Source: Thermoanaerobaculia bacterium
GTDB taxonomy: Bacteria; Acidobacteriota; Thermoanaerobaculia; Multivoradales; Multivoraceae
NCBI GenBank assembly: GCA_963666565.1
Contig: OY762911.1
Location: forward strand, 3,360,001 to 3,424,000
Length of the DNA stretch: 64,000 nucleotides
Reading direction: 5' to 3'
Shown: one piece after another, positions 1-10,981 of the stretch
Numbering within the stretch: position 1 is the stretch's first letter
Layout of the letters: every line of letters starts with the position of its first letter
Translations under genes and position numbers: made by a program
Notes under the pieces: generated by a model
Database searches by the model: none
What the model was told of the DNA's origin: nothing
The model's input: only the letters and a program-made list of their open reading frames with translations

Positions 1-329
1 GAACCCGCGTCGACCCGCCACAGCGACAGATCGTCGCCCTCGGCGACGTTCAGGAACACGATGTCGCCGACCACGATCGGGGTCGATCCGGAACGATCCG
101 GCAACGGCAGCTTCCAGAGGACGTTCCGCTCCACGTTGCCGTCGTGCGACCATTCGACCGGCAGACCGGTGTGCTGGCTGTAGCCGTTTCGCGCGGGCCC
201 CCGCCAGTTCGGCCAGTCCGCCCCGCTCGCAGCCTGCGCCGCGAACAGCGCCGGCAGGATGCACCAGACGGCCGGCCGCCAGCCTCCGGCCCGGCCTCGA
301 AGTCGCGGCTTCACGTTCGTTCGGTTCAC
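1..329 (-). CDS. PQQ-like beta-propeller repeat (BamB-family) secreted protein, 5' part only (runs off window)
   Basis: Manual translation from GTG at 329 (GTGA overlap with upstream stop): signal-peptide-like stretch, then ADWPNWRGPARNG...LPVEWS...NVLWKLPLPDRSGSTPIVVGD, typical of PQQ-propeller proteins. Confidence 0.8.
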   Translation of the reverse strand, partial: MNRTNVKPRLRGRAGGWRPAVWCILPALFAAQAASGADWPNWRGPARNGYSQHTGLPVEWSHDGNVERNVLWKLPLPDRSGSTPIVVGDIVFLNVAEGDDLSLWRVDAG

Positions 330-3247
330 GCTGCCTCCCTTGCCGCGGCCGGCTCTTGCGTTCGTCCCTCGCTCCCTGCCGCCTCGCCGGCGGCTTCGGC
401 GGCCTCCGGCATCAGCAGAACCTGGATCCGGTTCTCGCCGCCGAGATAGTCGCGGGCCGCACCCTGGATCGTCTCCGCGTCGAGCCGGCCGAACAGCTCC
501 TCGTACGCCAGGATGCTCAGCGGATCGTCGCCGAACTGGTAGACGGATTGCAGCACGCCCAGCCAGAAGCCGTTCGTCTCCTTCGCCGTCTCCCGGCCCC
601 GCCGTTGCTGCTCGCCGATCTGACCGACTTCCTCGTCCGTTGCCGGTTCCTCGCGGATGCGGGCGATCTCCTCGTCGACCGCCCGGAGCATCTCCTCGAC
701 CCGGTCCGGATCGCAGCCGAAGCTGATCTGGATGGCGAACGCCGAGACCGGGATGCGCTCGGCGCCGCCGCCGACGTTGGCGCCGTAGGTGCCGCCGAGT
801 TCCTCCCGCAACCGCTCGCGCAGGCGGTCGCGCAGCAGCGAGACCATCGAGTTCAGCCGGTAGCGGTTCAACTGGCTCTGCTCGAACGGGCCGGTGAAGA
901 CGACGGCGACCTGGCTCTTGTCCTCCAGCCCCTTGTACACGGTCCGCTCGATGCGGCCCTCAGGCGGGCGCACGCCCACGTCCCGCCACTCTTCCTCGCG
1001 GCCGGTCGACGGGAGTCCGCCCAGCCAGGTCGCGACCAGCGGTTCCATCGCCTCCAGCTCGAAGCTGCCGGCGAAGAAGAACGTGAAGTCGGAGAAGTCG
1101 CGGAACCGGTCCTCATACACGGCGAAGATCCGGTCTTCGTCCAGGTCCGCCAGCATCTCCTCGGTGATCATGCGGCGCCGCGGATGCTCCTGGCTGACGA
1201 CCTCCTGCAGGGTCTTGATCCAGGCGTACATCGGCATCGCGCTCTGGTTGCGCAGCAGGGCACCCTGCCGCGTCAGGAAGGACTCGTACGCCTCCGCGTC
1301 GCGGCGGGGCGCCGTCCCGCTGAGGTAGATCAGCTCGAACAGCGCCTCCAGGTCCTTCGGCGAACCGCGCCCGTTGATCCCCTCGAACAGGGGGCCGATG
1401 ACGGGACCGACCCGCGCCACCTTGCCGGCCAGCGCCTTGTTCAACTGGGTCAGGCTGAAGTTCCCGAACCCGGAGAGCTGGGCCACCGAGGTCGCGAGGC
1501 TCGCCTCCAGCCAGTCCTCGTCCGAGACCAGGGACGTGCCGCCGGGGCTGAAGGACGCGAACAGGATCTCGTCGTTCTTGAAGTCGCTGGGCCGCAGCAC
1601 GACGCGAACGCCGTTCGACAGGCGCCACTCGGTGACGCCGAGCTCCTCGATCGTCGACCGCTCGACGATCTCGCCCGGCGACGGTCGGACCGGGACCAGC
1701 GCGCCCTCGCCGACGTCGTCCTCGTAAGCCGCGACCTCGACCGAGGCCACCCGGTCGAAGACTCCCAGAAGCTCCTCCTCGCGGGGTTGTTCGAGCCCCT
1801 CCTTCTCGGGGCCGCTGGCGAGAATCACGCGGTCGCGGTCGCGGATCCACCCGTCGGCGGCCCCGTTGACTTCGTCAAGAACGATCCCGGGCACGTACCG
1901 CCGGGCCAGCTCCCGCTCGTAGGCGATGCCCGGAAACGGCTCGTCCCTCAGGTAGTGCCGCTGGTACTCGGAGACGTAGACGGCGGAGTGGGTCTTGTCC
2001 CGTTCGTCGTACGCCCGGTCCATCGACCGCAGGGTGTTGATCCTGGCCCGTTCCAGCTCGCTCGCCTCGAAACCGTGGCGGCGGGCCCGCTCCGACTCGG
2101 TAAGCACCGCTTCCAGCGCCCGCGCCGCGCCGCCCTCGCGCGCGCCGGCCGAGAGCACGTAGAGGCTGCGCTGGCGAGCCAGCGTCCCCCGGCTGCTCGT
2201 GGCGCCGATGAACGGCGGGTCGGCCTCCTCGGCGCGCTCGGCCAGCCGGTTGTTCAGCATCCCGTTGTAGAGGCCGCGGACCAAGCGCGCCCGGTAGTCC
2301 GCGACGGTGACGAACGGGTCCGGGTCGCCCTTGTAGGCGACCGAGACCGAGGATCGCGACAGTTCGGGATCGGCGAAGATCGAGACCAGCGTCTCCTCGT
2401 GCGGGGGAATCTCCGCCTCGAAGCGTTCCCGCGGTTCGTCGGCAGCCGCGAGCCGGCCGAACCGCCTGCGGATCTCCTCCTCGATCGACCCGGCGTCGAA
2501 GTCGCCGACCGCGATGAGCGCCATCAGGTCCGGCCGGTACCAGTCGCGGTAGAAGTCCCGCAGCCGCTCCGGCGGCGCTTCGCGCAGAATCTCCGGGTCG
2601 CCGATGGGCAGCCTCTCGGCGTAGCGCGAGCCGTGGAAACGGTAGGGAATCTCGGCGTCGCGCAGCCGCGCGCCGGCGCCCCGGTCGCCCCGCCACTCCT
2701 CGACCACCACGCCGCGTTCCCGCTCGATCTCCTCGTCCTCGAAGCTGACGGCGGAGGCCCAATCCTCCAGCACCAGGAACGCCTTGTCGAGGATCTCCTC
2801 GTCGTCGGTGGGCACTTCCAGCATGTAGACCGTCTCGTCGAAGCCGGTGTAGGCGTTGACGTCCGCCCCGAAGCGCATGCCGATGCTCTGCAGGTAGTCG
2901 AGCAGTTCGCTCTTCTCGAAGTGCTCCGTACCGTTGAAGGCCATGTGCTCGACGAAGTGCGCCAGCCCGCGCTGATCGTCGTCCTCCAGCAGCGAACCGG
3001 CGCGCACGACGAGGCGCAGGAAGGCCCGGTTCTCGGGCCGGCCGTTCTGCCTGACGTAGTAGCGGAGGCCGTTGTCGAGCTGGCCGGTGAGCACGGCCGG
3101 GTCCTGGGGCAGGACCTCGTCGAGCTCCCAGGTCCAGTCTCCTTCGGAGGCCTCCTGGCCATGTGCGGCCGGCGACGGATGAACGACCAGCACGGCGGCC
3201 GCCAAGACCGGCCAGACGCGCGCGGCGCGTGAAATCCGCTCGATCAT
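326..3247 (-). CDS. M16 family zinc protease (PqqL-like insulinase)
   Basis: HFVEH inverted zinc motif (GLAHFVEHMAFNGT), NAYTGFDETVY, signal peptide; ATG at 3247 with AGGAGG RBS. Confidence 0.92.
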   Translation of the reverse strand: MIERISRAARVWPVLAAAVLVVHPSPAAHGQEASEGDWTWELDEVLPQDPAVLTGQLDNGLRYYVRQNGRPENRAFLRLVVRAGSLLEDDDQRGLAHFVEHMAFNGTEHFEKSELLDYLQSIGMRFGADVNAYTGFDETVYMLEVPTDDEEILDKAFLVLEDWASAVSFEDEEIERERGVVVEEWRGDRGAGARLRDAEIPYRFHGSRYAERLPIGDPEILREAPPERLRDFYRDWYRPDLMALIAVGDFDAGSIEEEIRRRFGRLAAADEPRERFEAEIPPHEETLVSIFADPELSRSSVSVAYKGDPDPFVTVADYRARLVRGLYNGMLNNRLAERAEEADPPFIGATSSRGTLARQRSLYVLSAGAREGGAARALEAVLTESERARRHGFEASELERARINTLRSMDRAYDERDKTHSAVYVSEYQRHYLRDEPFPGIAYERELARRYVPGIVLDEVNGAADGWIRDRDRVILASGPEKEGLEQPREEELLGVFDRVASVEVAAYEDDVGEGALVPVRPSPGEIVERSTIEELGVTEWRLSNGVRVVLRPSDFKNDEILFASFSPGGTSLVSDEDWLEASLATSVAQLSGFGNFSLTQLNKALAGKVARVGPVIGPLFEGINGRGSPKDLEALFELIYLSGTAPRRDAEAYESFLTRQGALLRNQSAMPMYAWIKTLQEVVSQEHPRRRMITEEMLADLDEDRIFAVYEDRFRDFSDFTFFFAGSFELEAMEPLVATWLGGLPSTGREEEWRDVGVRPPEGRIERTVYKGLEDKSQVAVVFTGPFEQSQLNRYRLNSMVSLLRDRLRERLREELGGTYGANVGGGAERIPVSAFAIQISFGCDPDRVEEMLRAVDEEIARIREEPATDEEVGQIGEQQRRGRETAKETNGFWLGVLQSVYQFGDDPLSILAYEELFGRLDAETIQGAARDYLGGENRIQVLLMPEAAEAAGEAAGSEGRTQEPAAAREAA

Positions 3248-3275
3248 CGACGTTTCCTCCTGTGAGTGAAGCGGC

Positions 3276-4028
3276 TCAAGGGTTGCCGGCCGCTTGGGCG
3301 CCGCCGTCCACACGCACGACGGCATCGGCAGGCAGCGCGTCGACCAGCGCCGCGAGAGCGCGGTCGGCGGCGCCGCGGCTGCGGCTGTCGACCGTCAACT
3401 TGACCCGGTAGTCGCCGTCCATCACCGGGTAGCTGCCGATGTCGACGTCGCCGTGGGCGTCGACGACCCGGTCGAGCATCTCCGCGATGTCCGTTTCCCG
3501 GCAGGACGTGTAGACGGCCCGGCAGTGGAAGCGCCGGCCGGCGGCGAGACGGTCCCGCAGCAGCGGCAGCTTCATGCGGAAGATGCGCGGCACGCCGGGC
3601 AGCACGTAGACGTTCTCCATGACGACCGACGGCCAGGGCACGTCCGGCGTGCTGACGAGTTCGGCGCCCTCCGGCACGTCGGCCATCCGCAGGTGGCCCT
3701 CGGTGCAGCGCTCGCCCACCATCTCGCGGATCTTCCCGACCAGCTCCGGGGAGCGGACCAGCGGCCGGCCGAACGCCCGGGCGACGGCCTTGAGCGTCAC
3801 GTCGTCGTGGGTCGGCCCGACGCCGCCGCTCGTGATCAGGTAGTCGAACCGGCCGCGCAGGCGCTCGATGTCGGCGGCGATGCCGTCGACGTCGTCCGGA
3901 CAGACGACCACCCGGCGGAGCTCGATCCCGAGGTCGAAGAGCTCCCTCGCCAGCAGGCTCAGGTTCGCCTCCTCGACCTTGCCGGAGAGGATCTCGTTCC
4001 CGATGATGAGCGCGCCTGCCGTCGGCAT
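3276..4028 (-). CDS. Molybdopterin-binding / CinA N-terminal domain protein
   Basis: IIGNEILSG, TSGGVGPTHDDVT and LPGVP motifs. Confidence 0.85.
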   Translation of the reverse strand: MPTAGALIIGNEILSGKVEEANLSLLARELFDLGIELRRVVVCPDDVDGIAADIERLRGRFDYLITSGGVGPTHDDVTLKAVARAFGRPLVRSPELVGKIREMVGERCTEGHLRMADVPEGAELVSTPDVPWPSVVMENVYVLPGVPRIFRMKLPLLRDRLAAGRRFHCRAVYTSCRETDIAEMLDRVVDAHGDVDIGSYPVMDGDYRVKLTVDSRSRGAADRALAALVDALPADAVVRVDGGAQAAGNP

Positions 4029-4080
4029 CGCGCGAGTCTACTTCGGGCGTACGGCCAGCGCCCGCGGGTCGGCGCCCTCC

Positions 4081-4872
4081 TCAGCGGCCCGCGAATCGCG
4101 GCGTCCGCCGCTCGCCGAGCGCCTTCACGCCCTCGCGGGCGTCGGCGGTGCGGAAGGTGACCTCCTGCTCGGCGCTCTCCAGGTCGAGCGCTTCCTCGAT
4201 GCCCCGGTCGAACGTCCCCCGCAGCGTCCGCTTCGTCGCCTTCACCGCGACCGGTCCCGCCGCGGCGACCTCCAGCGCCAGGTCCTCCACGACCCGGTCG
4301 AAGTCCTCGTCCGCCTCGCGGCTGGCGATCCCCCACTCGACCGCCGTCGCCGCGTCGATCAGCCGGCCGCTGTAGAGGAGTTCGGCCGCCCGCGCCGGGC
4401 CGACCAGGCGCGGCAGGGTCCAGGTCGCCGCCATGCCGGGGTGGATGCCGAGCCGCACGAAGGTCATTCCCACCCGCGCGCCGGTCCGGATCACCCGCAT
4501 GTCGGCGCCCAGCGCGAAGCACAGGCCGGCGCCGATGGCGTGGCCGTTGATCGCGGCGATGGACGGCGCGGCGAGGTCGCGGACCGAGAGGTAGAGGCGG
4601 TAGAAGCTCGCGCCGCCGCCGAGGCCGGGACCGGCGTCCGGGTCCTCGCTGACCTCCTCCTGGATGCTCTTCAGGCTGCCGCCGGCGCTGAAGGCTCGGC
4701 CGCCGCCGCGGACGATCACCACCCGCGTCTCCTCGCGGGCGTTGATCTCCGGCACCGCGTCCCGGATCTCGGCGCCCATCTCCGGCGTCATCGCGTTCAG
4801 CCGCTCCGGGTCGTTCAGGGTCAGGCGGGTGATCGGCCCCTCGTGGGCAAGCAGGACGTGCTCGAAACTCAT
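4081..4872 (-). CDS. Enoyl-CoA hydratase/isomerase family protein
   Basis: AFSAGG, IAAINGHAIGAG and C-terminal DAREGV crotonase motifs. Confidence 0.9.
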   Translation of the reverse strand: MSFEHVLLAHEGPITRLTLNDPERLNAMTPEMGAEIRDAVPEINAREETRVVIVRGGGRAFSAGGSLKSIQEEVSEDPDAGPGLGGGASFYRLYLSVRDLAAPSIAAINGHAIGAGLCFALGADMRVIRTGARVGMTFVRLGIHPGMAATWTLPRLVGPARAAELLYSGRLIDAATAVEWGIASREADEDFDRVVEDLALEVAAAGPVAVKATKRTLRGTFDRGIEEALDLESAEQEVTFRTADAREGVKALGERRTPRFAGR

Positions 4873-5018
4873 GCCAGGTGCTCTCCTTCGGGTCCAGCCC
4901 GTTCGTGTCGCTCCGACGGGGCGAAGTCGGCGTGGCCGGGAAGCGTTGCTGCCGCGGACTCTGCGGCGGGCGCGGGCCGGCCAGCATACCGGGCCGCGGG
5001 CGCGGTAAGATGCGGCGC

Positions 5019-5585
5019 ATGCTGACGATCACCGAACTGGCGCAGAAGCAAGTCGCGGAAGCGATGAAGTCCGAAGAGCGCGAAGATCTCGCGCTCCGGA
5101 TCGCGATCACCGGCCGCAGCGGCGGCGGATTCCGCTACCAGATGGACCTGGTCGGCCTCGACGAGACCCGGCCCGGCGACGAGATACTCGAAACCGAAGC
5201 GTTCAAGGTGTACGTCGACTCCGAGAGCGCCACGGACCTCGAAGGCGCCACCGTCGACTTCGTCACCCGGCTCTCAGAGAGCGGCTTCAAGTTCGACAAC
5301 CCCAACTCGGTCTGGGGCGAAGGCCTGGCGGCCGACGTCCAGCGCGTGCTCGACGACCGTATCAATCCGCAGATCGCCGCCCACGGCGGCTTCGTCACCC
5401 TGCTCGAGGTCAAGGAAGAGACGGCCTACATCACGATGGGCGGCGGCTGCCAGGGCTGCGGCATGGCCGACCAAACGCTGAAGCAGGGCGTCGAGCAGGC
5501 GATCGTCGAAGCGGTGCCCTCCATCCAGCGCGTACTCGACACGACGGACCACGCGGCGGGCACGAATCCGTACTACGCGCCGTAG
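5019..5585 (+). CDS. nfuA: Fe-S biogenesis protein NfuA
   Basis: Degenerate A-type carrier N-domain (GFKFDNPN) plus NifU C-domain INPQIAAHGG...GGGCQGC, ending DHAAGTNPYY; start at 5010 or 5019. Confidence 0.9.
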   Translation: MLTITELAQKQVAEAMKSEEREDLALRIAITGRSGGGFRYQMDLVGLDETRPGDEILETEAFKVYVDSESATDLEGATVDFVTRLSESGFKFDNPNSVWGEGLAADVQRVLDDRINPQIAAHGGFVTLLEVKEETAYITMGGGCQGCGMADQTLKQGVEQAIVEAVPSIQRVLDTTDHAAGTNPYYAP

Positions 5586-5633
5586 CGCGCGGCCAATCTC
5601 GCTTCGCCGCGTGAGCGGCGGCAACCTGGCGCG

Positions 5634-6644
5634 TCAGTCCCGGTCGGTCTCGCGGAGCCGGCGCATCAGGTCGTCCGCGTCGCGGCAGGTGAACGCGAGC
5701 CGAATCACGCCCGCCGGATCGGACGAGGCCTCGAATCCGGCGAGCCACTGCGTCAACTCGTCGGACACCGGGATGCCGCGCGAGGCAAACGCCTCGACGA
5801 CCGCCGCGCGGACGATCTCCGCGGCTGCTTCGCTGGCGGCCTCTCCGCGCTCCAGTCGCAGGAACAGGTCGTCGTCCGGGCCGGTGCCCTCGGCGGCGCC
5901 CATCGCGCGGCCCACCCGGCGCAGGACGGAGACCGTCTCGGCGGAATCCTCCCGCTCGTTCAGGGAGCGGTGAATCTCCGCGGCCGTCCAGCCCGGAAAG
6001 GCCCGGCTCGCCGGCGACTCCAGGTACTCCCCGCCCTCCAGCAGCAGAATGCTCAGGCCGGGGCGGCGCCACCCGCGGGTCCGGGACGCATCGGGCACTT
6101 CGATCCACAACTCCGGGATGCCGAGCCCGGCGTAGTCCTCCAGCTTGCTCCGCCGGCCGCGCCGCCGCCGATGGCGCACGTTCGTCGTGTGATCGACCTC
6201 CAGAACGACGTCCGGAAACGGAGAGCCGGCGACTTCGATGTACTGACCGGCCGGCAGATCCCGCCCGGGGTGCAAGTAGATCGTCGCGTCGGCCTGCAGG
6301 TGGAACCTCTGACCCTCGTCGTTCCGCCAGACGATGTCGGTGGAAGCAGCCGAACCGATCAGCGAGCCACGCGCCTGGGCGACCAACCGGACGAGCTGGA
6401 CGAGCCGGGTCGCCGGCCCCTCGTGCTGAAAGGAGGTCTCGCGCAGGATCTGCGCCGTCTCCGTGAGCGAGTCCCAGCACTCGACGCGGCGCCCCTCGTT
6501 CTCCGGGTCGTAGTACTCCGCCTCCGTGATCTCTACGGTTTCGCAGCCCCAGTAGGCGCGGCGCCGTCCACCGACGAGCCCGCCGGAGGCGTCGCGATCC
6601 GTGAGGACGCTCGCGGCGCGGGCGGAGCTGATCGGGCCGTCCAT
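5634..6644 (-). CDS. Uma2 family (PD-(D/E)xK-like) putative endonuclease
   Basis: QADATIY...PDVVLEVD...KLEDYAGLGIPELW motif; start uncertain. Confidence 0.75.
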   Translation of the reverse strand: MDGPISSARAASVLTDRDASGGLVGGRRRAYWGCETVEITEAEYYDPENEGRRVECWDSLTETAQILRETSFQHEGPATRLVQLVRLVAQARGSLIGSAASTDIVWRNDEGQRFHLQADATIYLHPGRDLPAGQYIEVAGSPFPDVVLEVDHTTNVRHRRRRGRRSKLEDYAGLGIPELWIEVPDASRTRGWRRPGLSILLLEGGEYLESPASRAFPGWTAAEIHRSLNEREDSAETVSVLRRVGRAMGAAEGTGPDDDLFLRLERGEAASEAAAEIVRAAVVEAFASRGIPVSDELTQWLAGFEASSDPAGVIRLAFTCRDADDLMRRLRETDRD

Positions 6645-6789
6645 GAGCCGGACGCTATCAGGGCGAACGGCGCTCCGGGGCTCGCCTCCCATGTTGCCGA
6701 TCCCCCACCGTTGTGGAATAGTCCGCCGCAGGTCGAGCGACGCGTTCCCCGATTCGCCCTCGATTGCCGGAAACCACACGTCACGATCG

Positions 6790-8199
6790 ATGGCCACGCA
6801 CCGTTTCAGGCGGGGATTGAGCCTGCCGATCGCGGGGGCGCCCGAGCAGACGCTCGAGGACGCCGCGGCGCCGGCGGCGGTAGCCGTCAGCGCCGCCGAC
6901 TATCCCGGCATGAAGCCGGCGATGCACGTCGGGCCGGGCGACGCGGTGCGGCGCGGGCAACTGCTGTTCGAGGACCGCAAGCAGCCGGGTGTCCGCTTCA
7001 CCTCCCCCGCCGCGGGAACCGTGGCGGCGGTGAACCGCGGCGCCAAGCGGGCGCTGATCTCGGTCGTCGTGCGGGTGGATCCGTCCGACCAGGCGGGATC
7101 GAGCGGCGCGGGCGTCGGCTTCGCCAGCTACACGGGAAGGCACCCGAGCGCGCTCTCCCGCGAGGACGTGCAGGCGCTGCTGGTGGACTCCGGGGACTGG
7201 GCGGCGCTCCGCGCGCGCCCCTTCGGGCGCACCGCGGCGCCCGGTGCCGTGCCGAAGTCGATCTTCGTCACCGCGATGAACACGGAACCGTTCGCGCCCG
7301 ACGCCGACCGGATCGTCGAAGGCCGGACGGGCGACCTGGAGCGAGGCCTCGCCGCCCTCGCCCGGCTGACGGACGGTCCCGTCTACCTCTGCCGCGCGCC
7401 GGGGACGCTTTCCGGCATCGAGACGAGCGAGCCGGTGCGAGTCGAGGAGTTCGCGGGTCCGCACCCCGCCGGCGCCGCCGGTCTGCACATCCACACCCTC
7501 GACCCGGTCGACCGCGGCAAGCTGGTCTGGCAAGTCGGGCTCCAGGACACCCTGGCGATCGGCCGCCTGTTCGAGACCGGCGAGCCGGACGTCCGGCGCA
7601 TCGTCGCCCTGGCCGGCCCGCCGGTCGGGAGACCCAGACTCCTGCGCACGCGGCTCGGCGCCTCGCTGGCCGACGTCGTCCGGGGCGAGATCGGCAGCGG
7701 CGCGGAAGCCGCCCCGGAAGGCGCGGCGCGCGTCGTCACCGGCTCGCCGCTTGCCGGGCGCACCGCGATCGGCGAAGGCGCCCAGGCGGAACTGCACGGC
7801 TACCTCGGCCGCTTCCACGAAACCGTCTCGGTGCTCGACGACGACCGCGAGCGCCGATTCCTGGGCTGGCTCGCTCCCGGCTTCGGCGCCTTCTCGCGCG
7901 CCCGCGCCTTCGCCTCGTCCCTGCTTCCCCGGAAGTCGTTCGCGATGACCACGACGACGCACGGGTCGGCCCGCGCCATCGTGCCCATCGGCCTGTACGA
8001 GAGCGTCTTCCCGTGGGACCTGCAGCCGACCTTCCTGCTCAAGTCCCTGGTCGCCGGCGACATCGAGCGGGCCGAGGAACTCGGCTGCCTGGAACTGCTG
8101 GAGGAAGACCTGGCGCTCTGCACCTTCGTCTGCCCCGGCAAGACGGAGTACGGACCGTACCTGCGCGACGCGCTCGAACTGATCGAGAAGGAAGGCTGA
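6790..8199 (+). CDS. nqrA: Na+-translocating NADH:quinone reductase subunit A
   Basis: [37 protein letters not shown]; first gene of nqr order. Confidence 0.95.
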   Translation: MATHRFRRGLSLPIAGAPEQTLEDAAAPAAVAVSAADYPGMKPAMHVGPGDAVRRGQLLFEDRKQPGVRFTSPAAGTVAAVNRGAKRALISVVVRVDPSDQAGSSGAGVGFASYTGRHPSALSREDVQALLVDSGDWAALRARPFGRTAAPGAVPKSIFVTAMNTEPFAPDADRIVEGRTGDLERGLAALARLTDGPVYLCRAPGTLSGIETSEPVRVEEFAGPHPAGAAGLHIHTLDPVDRGKLVWQVGLQDTLAIGRLFETGEPDVRRIVALAGPPVGRPRLLRTRLGASLADVVRGEIGSGAEAAPEGAARVVTGSPLAGRTAIGEGAQAELHGYLGRFHETVSVLDDDRERRFLGWLAPGFGAFSRARAFASSLLPRKSFAMTTTTHGSARAIVPIGLYESVFPWDLQPTFLLKSLVAGDIERAEELGCLELLEEDLALCTFVCPGKTEYGPYLRDALELIEKEG

Positions 8200-8209
8200 G
8201 CGGCTCGCC

Positions 8210-9463
8210 ATGAAGCTGCTGCGCCGCATTCTCGACAAGCAGGCCCGCCACTTCGAGCCGGGCGGCCGCTTCGAGCGCTTCTACCCGCTGTACGAGGCGC
8301 CGGACACCTTCCTGTACACGCCCGGCAAGACGACGGCCGGCGCCGCGCACGTGCGCGACGCGCTGGACCTGAAGCGCCTGATGATGACGGTCGTCGTGGC
8401 GCTCGTGCCCTGCGTCCTGATGGCGATGTGGAACACGGGCCGCCAGATCCACGTCGCGATCGCCGGCGGCGCGGCGCCGCTCCCGAACTGGCGCACCGAC
8501 GCGATGGAGACGCTGGGGCTCTCCTTCGACGCCTCCAGCCTGCTCGCCAACTCGGTCCACGGCGCGCTCTACTACCTGCCGGTCCTGATCGTGACCTTCG
8601 CCGTCGGCGGCGCCTGGGAGGGGCTGTTCGCGGTCGTCCGCAAGCACGACATCAACGAGGGCTTCCTGGTCACCGGCATGCTCTTCCCCCTGGTGCTGCC
8701 GCCGACCATCCCGCTGTGGCAGGTCGCGATCGGCATCACCTTCGGCGTCGTCGTCGGCAAGGAGATCTTCGGCGGCACCGGCTACAACGTCCTGAACCCG
8801 GCGCTCACGGCGCGGGTCTTCCTGTTCTTCGCCTATCCGGCGCAGATCTCGGGCGACGCGGTGTGGATTGCTGCCCGCACGTCGGCCGACGGCTACAGCG
8901 GCGCCACCGCGCTCGGCGAGATCGCGGTGCTCGAGGCCGTCGAGGGTTCGAGCGCCCCGCTCGACGGGCTGAGCGCCATCGAGGGCAAGGTCTCCTGGAT
9001 GCAGGCCTTCCTGGGCGACATTCCGGGGTCGATGGGCGAGACCTCCGCGCTGGCCTGCCTGATCGGCGCCGCGATCCTCATCGCGACCGGCATCGGCTCC
9101 TGGCGGATCATGGTCGCGGCGACGGCCGGCACGGCGGCGATCTCTCTGCTGCTCAACCTGATCGCCTCGCCGACGAACGCGATGCTCTCGGTCCCCTTCC
9201 ACTGGCACCTCGTGCTGGGCGGCTGGGCCTTCGGCATCGTCTTCATGGCCACGGATCCGGTGAGCGCCGCGCAGACGAACCGGGGACGCTACGTCTACGG
9301 CTTCCTCGTCGGCGTGCTCGCCGTTCTGATCCGCACCGTCAACCCCGCCTTCCCGGAAGGCGTGATGCTCGGCATCCTGTTCATGAACCTGTTCGCGCCC
9401 CTGATCGACCACTACGTGCTGAAGGCGAACATCAAGCGCCGCCAGACGCGGTACGCTCAGTAG
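8210..9463 (+). CDS. nqrB: Na+-NQR subunit B
   Basis: [21 protein letters not shown] site [12 protein letters not shown]. Confidence 0.96.
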   Translation: MKLLRRILDKQARHFEPGGRFERFYPLYEAPDTFLYTPGKTTAGAAHVRDALDLKRLMMTVVVALVPCVLMAMWNTGRQIHVAIAGGAAPLPNWRTDAMETLGLSFDASSLLANSVHGALYYLPVLIVTFAVGGAWEGLFAVVRKHDINEGFLVTGMLFPLVLPPTIPLWQVAIGITFGVVVGKEIFGGTGYNVLNPALTARVFLFFAYPAQISGDAVWIAARTSADGYSGATALGEIAVLEAVEGSSAPLDGLSAIEGKVSWMQAFLGDIPGSMGETSALACLIGAAILIATGIGSWRIMVAATAGTAAISLLLNLIASPTNAMLSVPFHWHLVLGGWAFGIVFMATDPVSAAQTNRGRYVYGFLVGVLAVLIRTVNPAFPEGVMLGILFMNLFAPLIDHYVLKANIKRRQTRYAQ

Positions 9464-9474
9464 CGGAGTTCCCA

Positions 9475-10254
9475 ATGGCAGACCGACAGGCCACCGGCTA
9501 CACCCTCCTGTTCGCGACCGCGATCTGCATCGTGTGCGGGATCCTCGTGTCCTCCTTCGCGGTCAGCCTGGAGGATCTCCAGGACGACAACATCGCCCTC
9601 GACAAGCAGAAGCGAGTGCTGGAGGCGGTGGGCCTGCTCCAGCCCGGCGAACCGATCGACGAGGCGGAGGTCGCCGAGCGCTTCGAGCCGATCGAGCCCG
9701 TGCTCATCGAGCTCGGTTCGGGCGAACCGGTGGAAGGCGACACGGCGACCTTCGACCAGCAGCGCCGCGCCCGGGATCCGGCCACCAGCGCCGAAGCCCC
9801 CGACAACCTGGCCCGGGTCAAGCGCATTCCCGATCGGGCACTGCTCTACGAGGTGCGCGGCGACGGCGGCGAGATCGAGATGGTCGTGCTGCCGATCGAA
9901 GGCCTGGGGCTCTGGGGCACGCTCTACGGATTCCTGGCGCTCGACGCCGACACGACGACCGTGCGCGGCATCACCTACTACCAGCACAAGGAGACGCCGG
10001 GCCTGGGCGGCGAGGTGGACAACCCGCGCTGGAAGGACCGGTGGCCCGGCCGCCGCGCCTTCGACGAAGACGGCGAGGTTCGCCTGGCGGTGATCAAGGG
10101 CTTTGCCGGCAGCGCCGAGGAGGACCCCCACGAGGTCGACGGTCTCGCCGGCGCGACGATCACCAGCAACGGGGTGACGAACATGCTCGATTTCTGGCTC
10201 GGCGAGAACGGCTTCGAGCCCTACCTCAACCGGATCCGCGCGGAGGCCCGCTGA
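9475..10254 (+). CDS. nqrC: Na+-NQR subunit C
   Basis: [23 protein letters not shown] site [10 protein letters not shown]. Confidence 0.95.
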   Translation: MADRQATGYTLLFATAICIVCGILVSSFAVSLEDLQDDNIALDKQKRVLEAVGLLQPGEPIDEAEVAERFEPIEPVLIELGSGEPVEGDTATFDQQRRARDPATSAEAPDNLARVKRIPDRALLYEVRGDGGEIEMVVLPIEGLGLWGTLYGFLALDADTTTVRGITYYQHKETPGLGGEVDNPRWKDRWPGRRAFDEDGEVRLAVIKGFAGSAEEDPHEVDGLAGATITSNGVTNMLDFWLGENGFEPYLNRIRAEAR

Positions 10255-10880
10255 TGGCTGTCAAGAAGAGCGAAGCGGCGCTCGACCCCCTCTTCAACAA
10301 CAACCCGATCGCGCTCCAGGTGCTGGGCATCTGCTCGGCGCTGGCGGTGACCACGAAGATGGAGACGTCGGTCGTCATGTGCGCGGCCGTCATCGGCGTG
10401 CTTACCCTGTCCAACCTGACGATCAGCCTCCTCAGGCACCAGATCCCGAACAGCATCCGGATCATCGTCCAGTTGACGGTCATCGCGTCCCTGGTCATCG
10501 TCACCGACCAGATCCTCAAGGCGTACGTGTTCGAGATCAGCAAGCAGCTCTCCGTGTTCGTCGGGCTGATCATCACGAACTGCATCATCATGGGGCGGGC
10601 CGAAGCGTTCGCGATGCAGAACCCGCCCTCCCTGGCCATCCTCGACGGCATCGGCAACGGCATCGGCTACAGCGCGATCCTGATGGTCACGGCGTTCCTT
10701 CGCGAGCTGTTCGGTTCCGGCAAGCTCTACGGCTACAGCGTGCTGCCCACGGTCTCGGAAGGCGGCTGGTACCTGCCGAACGGCCTGATGCTGCTGTCTC
10801 CCGCGGCCTTCTTCATCATCGGCGGACTGATCTGGGCACTGCGCGTGTACAAGCCCGCCCAGGTCGAGATGGACGGCTAG
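10254..10880 (+). CDS. nqrD: Na+-NQR subunit D
   Basis: [32 protein letters not shown]. Confidence 0.96.
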   Translation: MAVKKSEAALDPLFNNNPIALQVLGICSALAVTTKMETSVVMCAAVIGVLTLSNLTISLLRHQIPNSIRIIVQLTVIASLVIVTDQILKAYVFEISKQLSVFVGLIITNCIIMGRAEAFAMQNPPSLAILDGIGNGIGYSAILMVTAFLRELFGSGKLYGYSVLPTVSEGGWYLPNGLMLLSPAAFFIIGGLIWALRVYKPAQVEMDG

Positions 10881-10981
10881 GAGGGAACGCCGCCATGCGC
10901 GCGCAACGACGCCTTCCCCACCCGGCGAGTGCAACCGTGCTCCCGGTTCGGATCGAGACGGACCGCTAGGAGGCCCGGACG

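Noticed and set aside
356-3232. 958-aa + strand ORF and similar long ORFs (17329-21615, 20306-23632, 28992-31718, 34186-36363, 59391-61799)
   Set aside because: Antisense shadows of clearly identified genes, expected at high GC; no recognisable motifs.
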